Notes: generated by a model from the sequence alone, not told the origin. A stretch of 64,000 nt of DNA from an uncultured Rhodothermales bacterium (GCA_964608315.1 CAZSNF010000015.1:11911-75910), one strand, 5' to 3'; shown: positions 9,492 to 19,529, counted from the stretch's first letter. Numbers and translations: made by a program.

Positions 9492-9842
9492 ATGCCACGT
9501 ACCGCTCACAGCGTAGCGTCGAGACGGCGCCGTAAAAAAATACTCCGGATGGCCAAAGGCTATCGCGGCGCGCGCTCCAAAATCTACACGGTCGCCAAAC
9601 ACTCTGTCGACAAGGCCTTGGGGTATGCCTACCGGGATCGCCGCCAGCGCAAGCGTGCGTTCCGCCGCCTCTGGATCGCCCGCATCAATGCGGCGGCCCG
9701 CCTGAACGGCACCACCTATTCCCGTTTCATGGGCGGACTGCGAAAAGGCGACATCGCCCTGAATCGAAAGGTGCTTGCAGATATGGCCGTGCACGATCCG
9801 GAAACGTTCCAGCGCATTGCGCAACATCTCGCCGGAAAATAA
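9492..9842 (+). CDS. rplT: 50S ribosomal protein L20.
   Basis: [29 protein letters not shown]...[10 protein letters not shown]. Confidence 0.95.
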   Translation: MPRTAHSVASRRRRKKILRMAKGYRGARSKIYTVAKHSVDKALGYAYRDRRQRKRAFRRLWIARINAAARLNGTTYSRFMGGLRKGDIALNRKVLADMAVHDPETFQRIAQHLAGK

Positions 9843-9856
9843 ACGGGCGCAGCAAG

Positions 9857-10849
9857 ATGCCCGACGACATCCTGAAAGATATCGAGTCGGAAATCATTGA
9901 CTCGACGGAGGCCGCCGAAGCGTTCCGGGTCAAGTACCTCGGGAGAAAAAGCGGGAAAATAACCGGAATGTTCAAACGGATTCCGGAAGCCCCGCCGCAG
10001 GAGCGCAAGGCGCTCGGCCAGCGCATCAACGAGATCAAGCAACGGGCCGAGGCGCGGCTCGCAGCCTTTGAAGCCGGCCGTACGACGGGCGACGCCGCGC
10101 TCCGGGCGGCCCGCATGGACCGTACGCTTCCGGGCCGACTCCCCGCGCCGCCGGGCTCCCTGCATCCGCTGACGCACACGTTGCACGACATCGCGCATGT
10201 GTTCGAAGGCTTCGGATTTTCTGTCGTAACCGGCCCGGAAATCGAAACGGAATGGCATAACTTCACGGCGCTGAACTTTCCGGCGGACCATCCCGCGCGG
10301 GACATGCAGGACACCTTCTTCCTGGAGCCGGATCGGGTGCTCTTGCGTACGCACACTTCGCCCGTACAAATACGCACCTTGCTGACCGAACCGCCGCCGG
10401 TGCGCGTGATCGCGCCAGGGCGCGTGTACCGCAACGAGGCCGTTTCCTACAAATCGTACTGCCTGTTTCATCAAGTGGAAGGCTTGTACGTGGACGAAGG
10501 GGTCTCCTTCGCCGACCTGAAACAGGCGCTGCGCCTGTTCGTGCAGGCCATGTTCGGCGACGACGCCCGCATGCGTTTTCGCCCCAGCTTTTTCCCGTTC
10601 ACGGAACCCAGCGCCGAGGTGGACATCTGGTGGGGCGACGAAACCCTGCCCCAAAAAGGACGCTGGCTGGAAATCCTCGGATGCGGCATGGTGGACCCCA
10701 ATGTATTCGCCGCCGTGGACCTGGACCCGGAACGATGGACGGGCTACGCCTTCGGCATGGGCGTCGAGCGCATCGCCATGCTGCGCTACGGCATTCGCGA
10801 CATTCGTACGTTTTACGAAAACGACATCCGGTTCCTGGAACAGTTTTAA
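9857..10849 (+). CDS. pheS: Phenylalanine--tRNA ligase alpha subunit.
   Basis: 330 aa with class II motifs ([51 protein letters not shown]). Confidence 0.95.
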   Translation: MPDDILKDIESEIIDSTEAAEAFRVKYLGRKSGKITGMFKRIPEAPPQERKALGQRINEIKQRAEARLAAFEAGRTTGDAALRAARMDRTLPGRLPAPPGSLHPLTHTLHDIAHVFEGFGFSVVTGPEIETEWHNFTALNFPADHPARDMQDTFFLEPDRVLLRTHTSPVQIRTLLTEPPPVRVIAPGRVYRNEAVSYKSYCLFHQVEGLYVDEGVSFADLKQALRLFVQAMFGDDARMRFRPSFFPFTEPSAEVDIWWGDETLPQKGRWLEILGCGMVDPNVFAAVDLDPERWTGYAFGMGVERIAMLRYGIRDIRTFYENDIRFLEQF

Positions 10850-10875
10850 GGATACTCAAGCAGGACACTGAAGCC

Positions 10876-13398
10876 ATGAACGTCTCGTACAACTGGCTGC
10901 GGGAATACGCGCCCGTCAGGGAAAGCCCGGAGGAACTGGCCGAAATCCTCACTATGGGCGGCCTGGAAGTCGAAGAGGTCCGGAAAATCGGGTCGTCGCT
11001 GGACGGAGTCGTCGTGGGGCGGGTGGAGCGCGTACGGCCCCATCCGAACGCCGACCGGCTTGTCTGTTGCGAGGTGAACCTGGGCGATCCGGAAACCGCC
11101 CGCATCGTGTGCGGCGCCCCGAATGTCGCCGCCGGACAATACGTACCGGTCGCCGCGCCGGGCGCCGCCCTCTCGTTGCCCGACCGGAAAAACCCCGGTC
11201 AGCGCATGTCCGTCGTCATCCGCAAAACGAAACTGCGCGGCGAACCCTCGGAAGGCATGATTTGCGCGGAAGACGAACTGGGGCTTTCCGACAACCACGA
11301 CGAAATCATGGCGCTTCCCGTCGAGGACGGCGTAACGCCCCGCATCGGGCAGCCGTTTGCGGAATACCTTGCCGCCCGCGGCGTCGCGCCCGGAGACGCC
11401 GTGCTGGACGTCAGCATTACGCCCAACCGACCGGACGCCGCCAGCCACCTCGGCGTAGCCCGCGACGCAGCAGCGCTTACCGGCTGCGCCCTGCGCCTCC
11501 CGGAAGCGCCGGACCCGGAACCCGGCGGCGAGGCAGCCCGACTTGTTGCGATCGACATACAAGCCCCGGAGGCGTGTCCGCGATACGTGGCGATGATCGT
11601 GCGCAACGTAACCGTCTGCGAATCCCCGCGCTGGCTTCAGCTTAGGCTGAAGGCGATCGGGCTCAGGCCCCGCAACAACATCGTGGATATTACGAATTAC
11701 CTGCTCCACGACGCGGGCCAACCGTTGCATGCGTTCGATTTCGACGCCCTCGCCGGACAGGGCATTCGCGTACGGCTCACCGAGGCGCCCACCCCTTTTA
11801 CCACCCTCGACGACAAGGAGCGGATAGTTCCTCCCGGGACCATCATGATTGCCGACGCCGAACGCGACGTAGCGATCGGCGGCGTAATGGGCGGGCAAAA
11901 TTCGGAGGTCCGCGAAACCACAAGGAACGTACTCATCGAGTCCGCCTTCTTCGACCCTTCGCATGTCCGCAGAGCCGCGAAGACGCTCGGCGTCCAGAGC
12001 GACGCCAGCTATCGCTTCGAGCGCGGCGTGGATCCCACCGGGCAAGTGCGCGCTGCGGCGCGGGCCGCCGCGCTGATGGCGGAGCTGGGCGGCGGAACAG
12101 TGGTCCCCGGCATGGTGGACGCCCACCCCGTCCCGGCGGCGCCCAGGTCAATCGCCGTGCGAGCAAAGCGGATAGACCATGTACTGGGGGCGCGCATACC
12201 GCTGGAAACCAGTGAGCGTCTGTTGCGAAGCATCGGTTTCGACGCAACGCGGGAAGGCGAGTCGGAAACCGCCCGAATCCGCTGCATCGCGCCCCCCTTC
12301 CGCCCCGATATTCAGCGCGAAGCGGATGTAATCGAGGAGATTGCGCGCCTCTACGGGTATGATCGCATACCGGAACCGGCCCGCGCAGCCTCCCTGTCCG
12401 GGGGCGCGGCGCGCCAAAGCCCCGAAATACGCTTGCGGCGGACGGCCCGCACCCTCCTTGCCTGTACGGGACATCGGGAAATCTACGCGAACAGCATGTT
12501 GCGGCTGGAAACGGCGGAGCGCTTTGCGCAGATTGCAGGCTATGCCCCCGGGCAGGTCGTTCGGACGCTCAATCCGATCTCTCGCGAAATGGCGACCCTG
12601 CGCCCCAGCTTGTTGCCCGGGGCATTGCAAGCTATCGAATTCAACCGCAACCACGGGCAACGAACGATGCGGTTTTTTGAATTCGGCCATGTGTTCCGGC
12701 GAACGGATGGCGAGAACGATGCGGACAGCCCGGACGGCGCGGAGCAGAACGCAACGGCGGCGGAGAACTATGCGGAGCACGAATCCTTGCTGCTGACTTT
12801 TTCGGGACAAGCCGAGGAGGCGGACTGGAATACGTCCGCCCGTCCGTTCGATCTGTTCGACGCAAAGGGCGCGGCGGAAATGCTGCTCCAGCGCCTGCGT
12901 ACGCCCGACGTTCGCATGGAACCTGCAACCGACACGCCCTCCCGACTGGACATCTTTTCGGGAAATGTCCATATTGGAAATATGCTGGAGATCGCAGCGG
13001 ACCTTTCCGGCGGCAATGCTCCGGAAAACATAACCTATGCGGTGGAACTGCACTGGACCAACCTCGCGCGGCGAACCGCGCCATGCCTGGACCAGGCGTA
13101 TCGGCCCGTGGAGCGCCATCCTTCGGTGGAGCGCGACATGGCCCTGATCGTGGACTGCAAGGAACCGGCGGGCGGCCTGCTGCAAACGATTCGGCAAGCC
13201 GGGGGGCGCCTGCTGCAACAGGTCCGCCTCTTTGACCTCTACGAAGGCGAACAGGTGGGGCCGGACAAGAAAAGCGTGGCCTTCGCCCTGCGTTTTGGGG
13301 CCAGCCGAACGCTCACGGATCGGGAAGTGAACAAAAAGATGGCTCGTATCGTCCACGCACTGGAGAAAACGCACGGCGCATTGCTTCGAAGCGAATAA
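10876..13398 (+). CDS. pheT: Phenylalanine--tRNA ligase beta subunit.
   Basis: Starts MNVSYNWLREYAP (ATG verified at 10876). tRNA-binding, B3/4, B5 and FDX-ACB-like regions are recognisable. The track start at 10630 overlaps pheS. Confidence 0.95.
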   Translation: MNVSYNWLREYAPVRESPEELAEILTMGGLEVEEVRKIGSSLDGVVVGRVERVRPHPNADRLVCCEVNLGDPETARIVCGAPNVAAGQYVPVAAPGAALSLPDRKNPGQRMSVVIRKTKLRGEPSEGMICAEDELGLSDNHDEIMALPVEDGVTPRIGQPFAEYLAARGVAPGDAVLDVSITPNRPDAASHLGVARDAAALTGCALRLPEAPDPEPGGEAARLVAIDIQAPEACPRYVAMIVRNVTVCESPRWLQLRLKAIGLRPRNNIVDITNYLLHDAGQPLHAFDFDALAGQGIRVRLTEAPTPFTTLDDKERIVPPGTIMIADAERDVAIGGVMGGQNSEVRETTRNVLIESAFFDPSHVRRAAKTLGVQSDASYRFERGVDPTGQVRAAARAAALMAELGGGTVVPGMVDAHPVPAAPRSIAVRAKRIDHVLGARIPLETSERLLRSIGFDATREGESETARIRCIAPPFRPDIQREADVIEEIARLYGYDRIPEPARAASLSGGAARQSPEIRLRRTARTLLACTGHREIYANSMLRLETAERFAQIAGYAPGQVVRTLNPISREMATLRPSLLPGALQAIEFNRNHGQRTMRFFEFGHVFRRTDGENDADSPDGAEQNATAAENYAEHESLLLTFSGQAEEADWNTSARPFDLFDAKGAAEMLLQRLRTPDVRMEPATDTPSRLDIFSGNVHIGNMLEIAADLSGGNAPENITYAVELHWTNLARRTAPCLDQAYRPVERHPSVERDMALIVDCKEPAGGLLQTIRQAGGRLLQQVRLFDLYEGEQVGPDKKSVAFALRFGASRTLTDREVNKKMARIVHALEKTHGALLRSE

Positions 13399-13467
13399 CC
13401 CGTTGCGCGCGACCGTTCGCGAGGCGGCGCTTTACGGAATCCCCTGATCGATATTCAATGCGCCAGC

Positions 13468-13797
13468 ATGTCGATAACCCGCAAGACGAACCATTTCACG
13501 CCAGAACTCTTTGCCGATATGCCGAGTATGGAAACAAGCGCCGAATCGAAACCGGAACCGGCCACGCTGGACGCCCTGCGCCGTCGCATCGAAGAAACCG
13601 TCAAGCTCGTCAAACAGTTGCGCAAAACCAACGCCGCCCTCCTGAAACAGGTGCGCGATCTGGAAAAACGCCCCGCCGTCAACCCGGACCATGCCTTCTT
13701 TTCGGTGCCCCGCAACCCGGATGCGCTAAAAAACGACCTGCGTTCCTTCATCGAAATACTCGACGAACATATAGAACGAGCGCACAACGACGCATAA
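13468..13797 (+). CDS. Hypothetical coiled-coil protein, possibly cell-division associated.
   Basis: 109 aa with heptad-like charged sequence (LDALRRRIEETVKLVKQLRKTNAALLKQVRDLEK). It sits directly upstream of the zapA-like gene. Confidence 0.5.
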   Translation: MSITRKTNHFTPELFADMPSMETSAESKPEPATLDALRRRIEETVKLVKQLRKTNAALLKQVRDLEKRPAVNPDHAFFSVPRNPDALKNDLRSFIEILDEHIERAHNDA

Positions 13798-13834
13798 TCC
13801 AAGCGCTTTCGATCCGCAAAAACCGGTATCTATC

Positions 13835-14146
13835 GTGCCCCAGTCCATCCGCGTCCGTATTCTGAATCGCGACTATTCCCTCGAAATAACAAGAGGGAAC
13901 GAACAGCGCGTACGCGAGATTGTGCGCTACGTCGATACGAAGATCAGAAAATTCCAGCGAGACCATCCCGATCAGCCGGATATAACGGCCCCTGTGATCG
14001 TGGCGCTGGACATCGCAGAGAAACTCTATGCGGAACGCGAACAACAGACCGAAACCGAAACCGGCCTGGAAAAGGATATAGGCCGCCTCATTGCCTCGCT
14101 GGACGCCGTGTTGCCTGCCGGAGAATCGTCGGCTCCCGGCGAATAA
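13835..14146 (+). CDS. zapA: Cell division protein ZapA-like.
   Basis: 103 aa. The N-terminal VRILNRDYSLEI...EQRVREIVRYVD pattern and the position after pheST are typical of ZapA. Confidence 0.6.
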   Translation: MPQSIRVRILNRDYSLEITRGNEQRVREIVRYVDTKIRKFQRDHPDQPDITAPVIVALDIAEKLYAEREQQTETETGLEKDIGRLIASLDAVLPAGESSAPGE

Positions 14147-14150
14147 AGGG

Positions 14151-14412
14151 TTAAGGAACCTCTGATTAATTCTACTTCGATCAGCGCTTCGCGTTCGCGC
14201 GTACAGTGACATTATGACGGCATCGTTGAAATCAGCGGCATACGCTACGGATTCGGGCGCAGCGGACGCGAAGCGCCCTTCGGGAGGCCGCGAGGAACGC
14301 GCTGGCCGCGTCATTCCTCATTATGCGGGGCCTGCCGCATTGCTTCGTCATTCCTTGCCAGCGCGTCCCTCGCAGCCTCTGAACTTTGCAGAATTAATCA
14401 GAGGTCCCTTAA
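14151..14412 (+). mobile_element. Full-length MITE-like element (254 bp) plus flanking TTAA direct repeats.
   Basis: Terminal inverted repeats GGAACCTCTGATTAATTCT (14155-14173) and AGAATTAATCAGAGGTCCC (14390-14408) differ at one position. TTAA lies at 14151-14154 and 14409-14412. It is the near-identical reverse complement of 59172-59425. Confidence 0.8.
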
Positions 14413-14425
14413 ACCGGCGCGTTTT

Positions 14426-15169
14426 TCAGTCTCCCCGGTTCCGCCCCCTGTACAGGGAAACCACGCCGAACGTCAGCGGCTTCCACAACAAATCCTCGTA
14501 CCCGGCCAGCCGCAATTCGTCCAGAAAGCGCTCGCCGGACGGAAACACCTTTACGGAAGCAGGCAGATACTTGTAGGCGCCCGAATTGCCCGAGAGAAGA
14601 CGGCCGGCAAGGGGCAGCGCGATGTCCGAGTAGACCTCGTACAACTTTCGGATCAACAAGGAACCGGGCTGACTGAACTCAAGGACCACCAGCGTCCCCC
14701 CTGGACGGAGTACGCGCCGCATCTCCCGAATACCGTCCTGAAGGCGCTCGAAATTGCGTACGCCGAACCCCACCAGCGCCGCGTCGAAAGAGGCGTCCGG
14801 GAAAGGCAAGCAGGCCGCATCGCCGTATTCCAGCGCGATGGTTTCAGAAAGCCCGCCGCGCCGAACCTTTTCCCGCCCGCGCGCCAGCATCTGCTCGGAA
14901 ATATCGACGCCCACGATACGTTCGGGGCGCATTGACGCGGCGGCAATGGCCAGATCAGCGGTGCCGGTCGCCACATCCAGAATCCGGGCCGGCGCTTCCA
15001 TGCGCAGCAAACGGATCGCGGCCCGGCGCCACGCGCAATCCAGTCCGAAACTCAGCAGCCGATTCAGCAGATCGTACCGGGAAGCCACCCCGTCGAACAT
15101 GGCTTCGACGGCTTCCCTCTTGCCCGGGGCCTGTCCCGGCGGCGGCATGCGATGGGGCGACGTAGACAA
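14426..15169 (-). CDS. ubiE: Demethylmenaquinone/ubiquinone methyltransferase (UbiE/MenG family).
   Basis: 247 aa: FDGVASRYDLLNRLLSFG, SAM motif ILDVATGTADLA, FGVRNF, PGGTLVVLEFS. Confidence 0.85.
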   Translation of the reverse strand: MSTSPHRMPPPGQAPGKREAVEAMFDGVASRYDLLNRLLSFGLDCAWRRAAIRLLRMEAPARILDVATGTADLAIAAASMRPERIVGVDISEQMLARGREKVRRGGLSETIALEYGDAACLPFPDASFDAALVGFGVRNFERLQDGIREMRRVLRPGGTLVVLEFSQPGSLLIRKLYEVYSDIALPLAGRLLSGNSGAYKYLPASVKVFPSGERFLDELRLAGYEDLLWKPLTFGVVSLYRGRNRGD

Positions 15170-15314
15170 AACGCAGCAGAAATATCAGCGTATCTTCAGG
15201 AGTTTGAATGCAACATACGCGCAACCCGAGGCGCGGGGTCCGCACGGGGTTTGCTGATATCCGGCCGGGAGCGCAAGGCGTTGCGGACAATGCAAGGCGA
15301 TCGTCCGACGAACG

Positions 15315-16292
15315 TCACAGCGCCTGCGCAATGCGCTGCACGGTTTCCTCGAACGGACGGGGACGCCACCCCAGTTTTTCACGGGCGCGCGCGTTGTCGT
15401 ACCGATGCTCCGCGGACATGAAATGGGCGTGGGCTATCGGAAGCAGGGGTTCCGTGCGGGTCAAAAAAGCGCCCGCTTCCGAAAAACAGGCGGCGAGCAG
15501 CGCGACGGAAGGGGCCAGGCGAATAGCAGGAGGCGGCGCCCCGCAGGCCTCGGCCAGTTGACGGAAAATTTCTTTCCAGGACAGGTTATGGGCCGCCAGC
15601 ACGAATCGTTCGCCGGATTCGCCGTACTGCATGGCGCGCAACATGCCGTCCACCACGTCCAGCACATCCACCACGCTCGTAACGCCTATGGGATACAAGC
15701 GCATCCTTTTTCGACGAATCTCGTCCACCATGCGCTGCGTGTTTTCCCCTTTGCGCCCCAGCCCGAAAATGAGCGAGGGGTTGACCATCACCGCATCCAG
15801 CCCCTCGGCGACGCCCCGGCGCACCTCCATTTCCGCAAGGTGCTTCGAGTACCCGTAGGCGCTGCTCGACCGGGACCGGCGCCACTCCGCCTGTTCGTCC
15901 AGTACGCCATCGGGACGGGCGGCGCGACCGAGCGCGGCCACGGACGAGACATGCAGCAGACGGCGGACGCCTCGGTCCAGGGCTGCATTCACCACGGCGG
16001 CCGTACCGTCCACGTTGACGGACATAAGGCGATTTCGGACGCGCGAAGAACCGAACCCGATATTGCCGGCCACATGGTACGCGTACTCCACGCCTTGCAT
16101 CGCCTCGTGCAGCGCCATGGGGTCCGTAATGTCTCCAAACGCATGCTCGACCTCCTCCGCTGTCTTCCCCAATAAATCCAGCCGGGAGCCGCGGCGGCGA
16201 AAAACGCGCACGGGAACGCCCTCCAGCGTCAGGCGCCGGGTCAGCGCCGCCCCGACGAATCCCGTAGCTCCCGTAACAAGGGCGATGGGCAT
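15315..16292 (-). CDS. NAD-dependent epimerase/dehydratase-family SDR oxidoreductase.
   Basis: Rossmann motif VTGATGFVGAAL at the N-terminus and catalytic YGYSK. Confidence 0.8.
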   Translation of the reverse strand: MPIALVTGATGFVGAALTRRLTLEGVPVRVFRRRGSRLDLLGKTAEEVEHAFGDITDPMALHEAMQGVEYAYHVAGNIGFGSSRVRNRLMSVNVDGTAAVVNAALDRGVRRLLHVSSVAALGRAARPDGVLDEQAEWRRSRSSSAYGYSKHLAEMEVRRGVAEGLDAVMVNPSLIFGLGRKGENTQRMVDEIRRKRMRLYPIGVTSVVDVLDVVDGMLRAMQYGESGERFVLAAHNLSWKEIFRQLAEACGAPPPAIRLAPSVALLAACFSEAGAFLTRTEPLLPIAHAHFMSAEHRYDNARAREKLGWRPRPFEETVQRIAQAL

Positions 16293-16296
16293 GCCG

Positions 16297-16824
16297 CTAC
16301 GCTATTTCAAGGAGAATGTCGCCCTTGCCCACCGTATCGCCCGGCGCAACATGCACGGCCTGCACCGTACCCGCTCGCTCCGTACGCAATTCGTTTTCCA
16401 TTTTCATGGCTTCCAGCACCAGTACGCCGGTTCCCGCCTCCACGACTGCGCCCTGCGCCGCCGCTACAGACAGCACCATGCCGGGCATGGGGGCGTATAT
16501 TTTGAGCATGTCGCTTTCAGCGCCCCCGGATAACCCGAAACGTTCAAACAACAACGCCCGGTCGTCTTTCAACGCCACCTCGAACGTACGTCCGCCAATC
16601 CCGATCCGCCGCCGGTCCCCGGACGCCTCCAGCACTGTAGCGACGTAACTTTTGCCGTCCAGCAGCAGGGCGATGCGCTCCCGCCCAAGGCGCTCGTACG
16701 AAAACGGAACGACGCGGCCATCGCATGCAAACCGGTTCGGGCGGACGGCGATATCCATTTCCCGCCCGGCGCATTCCGCCCGGAAATGCTCGGAAAACTG
16801 TTTTGTCGCCTGTTTTGCCGTCAT
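16297..16824 (-). CDS. Biotin/lipoyl-attachment domain protein (biotin carboxyl carrier-like).
   Basis: C-terminal APMPGMV...LVLEAMKMENEL...GDILLEIA carries the AMKM biotinylation motif. Confidence 0.75.
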   Translation of the reverse strand: MTAKQATKQFSEHFRAECAGREMDIAVRPNRFACDGRVVPFSYERLGRERIALLLDGKSYVATVLEASGDRRRIGIGGRTFEVALKDDRALLFERFGLSGGAESDMLKIYAPMPGMVLSVAAAQGAVVEAGTGVLVLEAMKMENELRTERAGTVQAVHVAPGDTVGKGDILLEIA

Positions 16825-16925
16825 GGTTCGAATCGGGAACGCAATTTCGTAATATAAGGACGTCAGGGGATAATCTGATCAAAACAACTACGCTCAGCAC
16901 GTCGCTATCGCCCGTAAAGGACGCC

Positions 16926-17213
16926 ATGATTGTATCGTTGACATCAGCAGACAACCCGCCGAATCGCTCGCGCGCGAAGAAACTGTGGCGCTGGGCGATC
17001 ATGATCGCCGCCGCGCTCTTCTTTTTCGCCGTCCTGCGCGAAGCCGCAGACCCCTACGGCGACCAGCCGTATATAGAGATCACGCACGGAGACCATGTCC
17101 ACTATGTGCCGCGCGATCGGGACCCGAAGGTGCCCCTCAGCAAATTCCCCCGGGTTCCGCCGGGCCCGAATGAAATCATCACGCCGGAAGGCCGCGTCGT
17201 GCCGAAGGAATAA
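16926..17213 (+). CDS. Small membrane-anchored protein with an HGDHVHY motif (putative metal binding).
   Basis: 95 aa from ATG 16926. TM helix LWRWAIMIAAALFFFAVL followed by ITHGDHVHYVPRD. The track start at 16725 overlaps the upstream gene. Confidence 0.5.
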   Translation: MIVSLTSADNPPNRSRAKKLWRWAIMIAAALFFFAVLREAADPYGDQPYIEITHGDHVHYVPRDRDPKVPLSKFPRVPPGPNEIITPEGRVVPKE

Positions 17214-17214
17214 A

Positions 17215-17292
17215 GGGTACTCTGATTAGAGCCTGTTAACGCTGCGAATTCGGGGCATGGCGGACGTGAAGCGCCCTTCGGAAGGCCGCGCC
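17215..17292 (+). repeat. Partial repeat-family copy (left end + GATTAGAGCCTGTTAAC linker + 3' half of module B).
   Basis: GGGTACTCTGATTAGAGCCTGTTAACGCTGCGAATTCGGGGCATGGCGGACGTGAAGCGCCCTTCGGAAGGCCGCG aligns to 22384-22436. It starts right after stop codon TAA 17211-17213. Confidence 0.7.
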
Positions 17293-17305
17293 CTGCCGCA
17301 ATACC

Positions 17306-19525
17306 CTACCATAACACCTTGATCAGCAATTTGACGTTGCGGCCCTGCTCCGGCATGATGCTCTTTACGCGCGACAGATGATCCCGGTATTCGATGTTCG
17401 TCGCATTCTCGACGCCGATATCGAAAGTGTACAAAAAGCGGCCCAGCGAAAGATAGTACTGCGCATGCCCCCCGAACACGACATATCCATCGGTCGGTTC
17501 TTCGAACGCGCCCAGACGATCCTGACGACGGGCCGCCTCTGCAGAACCGGATATTCTGATTTTTCCGCTGGCGTACGCCGCTTCCACACGCCCCCGCAAG
17601 GGAGGAATAAAGGACATCGATTCGTCGACGTCGATCAACGTGCCCCGGACATACGCGCCCGACCCGGAAAGCGTTACGGAAGAGAACATTTGCAGCGCAA
17701 AGGAAGCCTCTGACCCCGTCATGCGCACCGTCGATCCGGTTTGCTGATATACCGGGAGGAGCGTACGTACGTTGAGCTGGCCCGTGTTTCGGGGATAAAT
17801 GTAATCCCGGACATAGTTGTGATACGCGTTCAGCGATCCGGAAAAACGCTCGCCGCGGTATTCTGCGAACGCCTCAAGGCCCAGTCCCTTTTCCACGCTC
17901 AGGTCCGCATTGCCTATCTCGAACGTATAGGCCGCCAAATGAGGCCCCGCCGAGAAAAGTTCTTCGATACCCGGTACGCGAATGGAGCGTACGCCGCCCA
18001 CGCCCGCGAAAGCGTCGCTTCCGAATCGACGCAAGACACGAAAAGAACCGGAAAAACCCCCGACCGTTCGGTTGCGAACCCGACCTGCGCGCGTTTCCAC
18101 GCCCACGACGCCGGGACGCACGGCGCGAAAATCGTAGCGAAGCGCTCCCTGCAGCGACAGGCTTCTCAGGTTGATATCCTGATACCGGAAGACCGCCGCC
18201 GTCCATTCCCGCGAATCCGGCGTGAACGTAAGCCCGCCGGAAGCAAAATCGCGATGTCCAGCCCAAAAGCCAGTCAAGCGGGAACTTCTCTGATTGTGAA
18301 CGCGCGAAAGAAAGCGCCCGTAATACGACAAAAGCCCGAATTCGACGCCGAGCGCACCGTTTGATTCGTACTCCTGATGCAGATACCTCGTAAACGATCC
18401 CTCGAATTCGAGATGCGATAACCGGGGAACCTTATCCAGAAGCAGGCCCTTCGTTTTCAGGTGACGGCGGGACAGATCAATGTCCACGCCGTTCGGATGC
18501 GCCCCGACGAATCCGCCCGGTATGCCATACCGGGACGCGTAATAACTGCCCGAAACGCCCGCATGCCCCCATGAGCCAAGACGGCTTATTCCAAACGAAC
18601 CGTTGCCGGTAGTCAAGGCGGTATTGGTCAATACGCCGACCGGCGTGGATACGTCCCCCGAATTGCGCATACTGCCGTCGGCGCGCACGGCGAAACCGGC
18701 CGCGGGCGTCTCAACGCTGAACCCGCCCGAAATCCCGTCGTTGACGGATTGCCCCTGAAGCACGCCGACGACATGCGTCTCCGAAGGCATGGCCTCGGGC
18801 ACATACCCGCGGACCGCATTCACCACGCCGCCCAGCGCACTTGAGCTGTAAAGCAACGCGGCCGGTCCGCGAATCACCTCAATCCGTTCCGTCAGCAGCG
18901 GATCTATCGTCACCGCATGATCGGCGGACGTGGCGGACAGGTCACCGGTCCGCCCGCCATCCTCCATAACGAGCAACCGCTCGCCGCCCAGGCCTCGAAG
19001 CACGGGTCGGGCGGGCGCGGGACCCATGGATCGGATGGAAATGCCGGGCTCGTTGTCGAGCGTTTCAGCGAGCGTCGTTCCGAGATGCTGCCGAAGCCGC
19101 TTGCCCCCCATCTCCATATCCGACTCGCGCAGGATATCGGACTCGCTCTCCCCGACCACCACGACTTCCTCCAGTTCGATCCGGGAAACCGACATGCGCA
19201 GCACGACGCGGGACGTATCCGAACCGGCGACGCCAGTCGCAACCCGACTTGCCGCCGGCTCATAGCCTACGCGCCAGACTCTGAGCGTATGCGCGCCGGG
19301 CGACAGAAAACGAATCTCGAAATGGCCTTGCCGATCCGTTCTGGCGTTGCGGTTGGCCTCTTCCGCCAGCACCTGGGCATGGCGAACAGGCTCCCCCGTT
19401 TCCGCATCCTCGACAGATCCCGCAATCACCGCCGTATGCTGGGCTTGCAACGCTCCGGCTGTCGCTACCGCACAACACGCTGCAAGCCCGGCCCGGCACA
19501 ACCATTGGCTTTTGCAACAACGCAT
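17306..19525 (-). CDS. TonB-dependent outer-membrane receptor with an N-terminal CarboxypepD_reg-like domain.
   Basis: 739 aa with a signal peptide. The GSVEDAETGEPV...RTDRQGHFEI segment is followed by a plug (VRGLGGERLLVMEDGGRTGD), a long beta-barrel and a C-terminal aromatic residue (KVLW). Confidence 0.9.
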   Translation of the reverse strand: MRCCKSQWLCRAGLAACCAVATAGALQAQHTAVIAGSVEDAETGEPVRHAQVLAEEANRNARTDRQGHFEIRFLSPGAHTLRVWRVGYEPAASRVATGVAGSDTSRVVLRMSVSRIELEEVVVVGESESDILRESDMEMGGKRLRQHLGTTLAETLDNEPGISIRSMGPAPARPVLRGLGGERLLVMEDGGRTGDLSATSADHAVTIDPLLTERIEVIRGPAALLYSSSALGGVVNAVRGYVPEAMPSETHVVGVLQGQSVNDGISGGFSVETPAAGFAVRADGSMRNSGDVSTPVGVLTNTALTTGNGSFGISRLGSWGHAGVSGSYYASRYGIPGGFVGAHPNGVDIDLSRRHLKTKGLLLDKVPRLSHLEFEGSFTRYLHQEYESNGALGVEFGLLSYYGRFLSRVHNQRSSRLTGFWAGHRDFASGGLTFTPDSREWTAAVFRYQDINLRSLSLQGALRYDFRAVRPGVVGVETRAGRVRNRTVGGFSGSFRVLRRFGSDAFAGVGGVRSIRVPGIEELFSAGPHLAAYTFEIGNADLSVEKGLGLEAFAEYRGERFSGSLNAYHNYVRDYIYPRNTGQLNVRTLLPVYQQTGSTVRMTGSEASFALQMFSSVTLSGSGAYVRGTLIDVDESMSFIPPLRGRVEAAYASGKIRISGSAEAARRQDRLGAFEEPTDGYVVFGGHAQYYLSLGRFLYTFDIGVENATNIEYRDHLSRVKSIMPEQGRNVKLLIKVLW

Positions 19526-19529
19526 GGCG

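Noticed and set aside
14147-14425. A possible 6S RNA (ssrS) downstream of zapA, as in the E. coli zapA-ssrS arrangement.
   Set aside because: The space after zapA is fully occupied by a multi-copy element that also occurs at 59172 and 43285. A single-copy 6S RNA would not be repeated with inverted ends and target duplications.
14214-14576. Recurrent small ORFs across the repeat copies share peptides such as RPSGGCE...HYAGPAALLRHSLPARPSQPLNFAELIR. Examples are 14214..14576(+), 58413..59366(-), 43099..43425(-), 5725..5979(+) and 21626..21841(-). I considered them as a possible conserved micro-protein family.
   Set aside because: Conservation is at the nucleotide level of a palindromic repeat. 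Between the two near-identical full copies, 6 of about 7 substitutions are non-synonymous in this frame. Other copies break the frame, and ORFs also appear on the opposite strand of the same element. This is most consistent with non-coding sequence.
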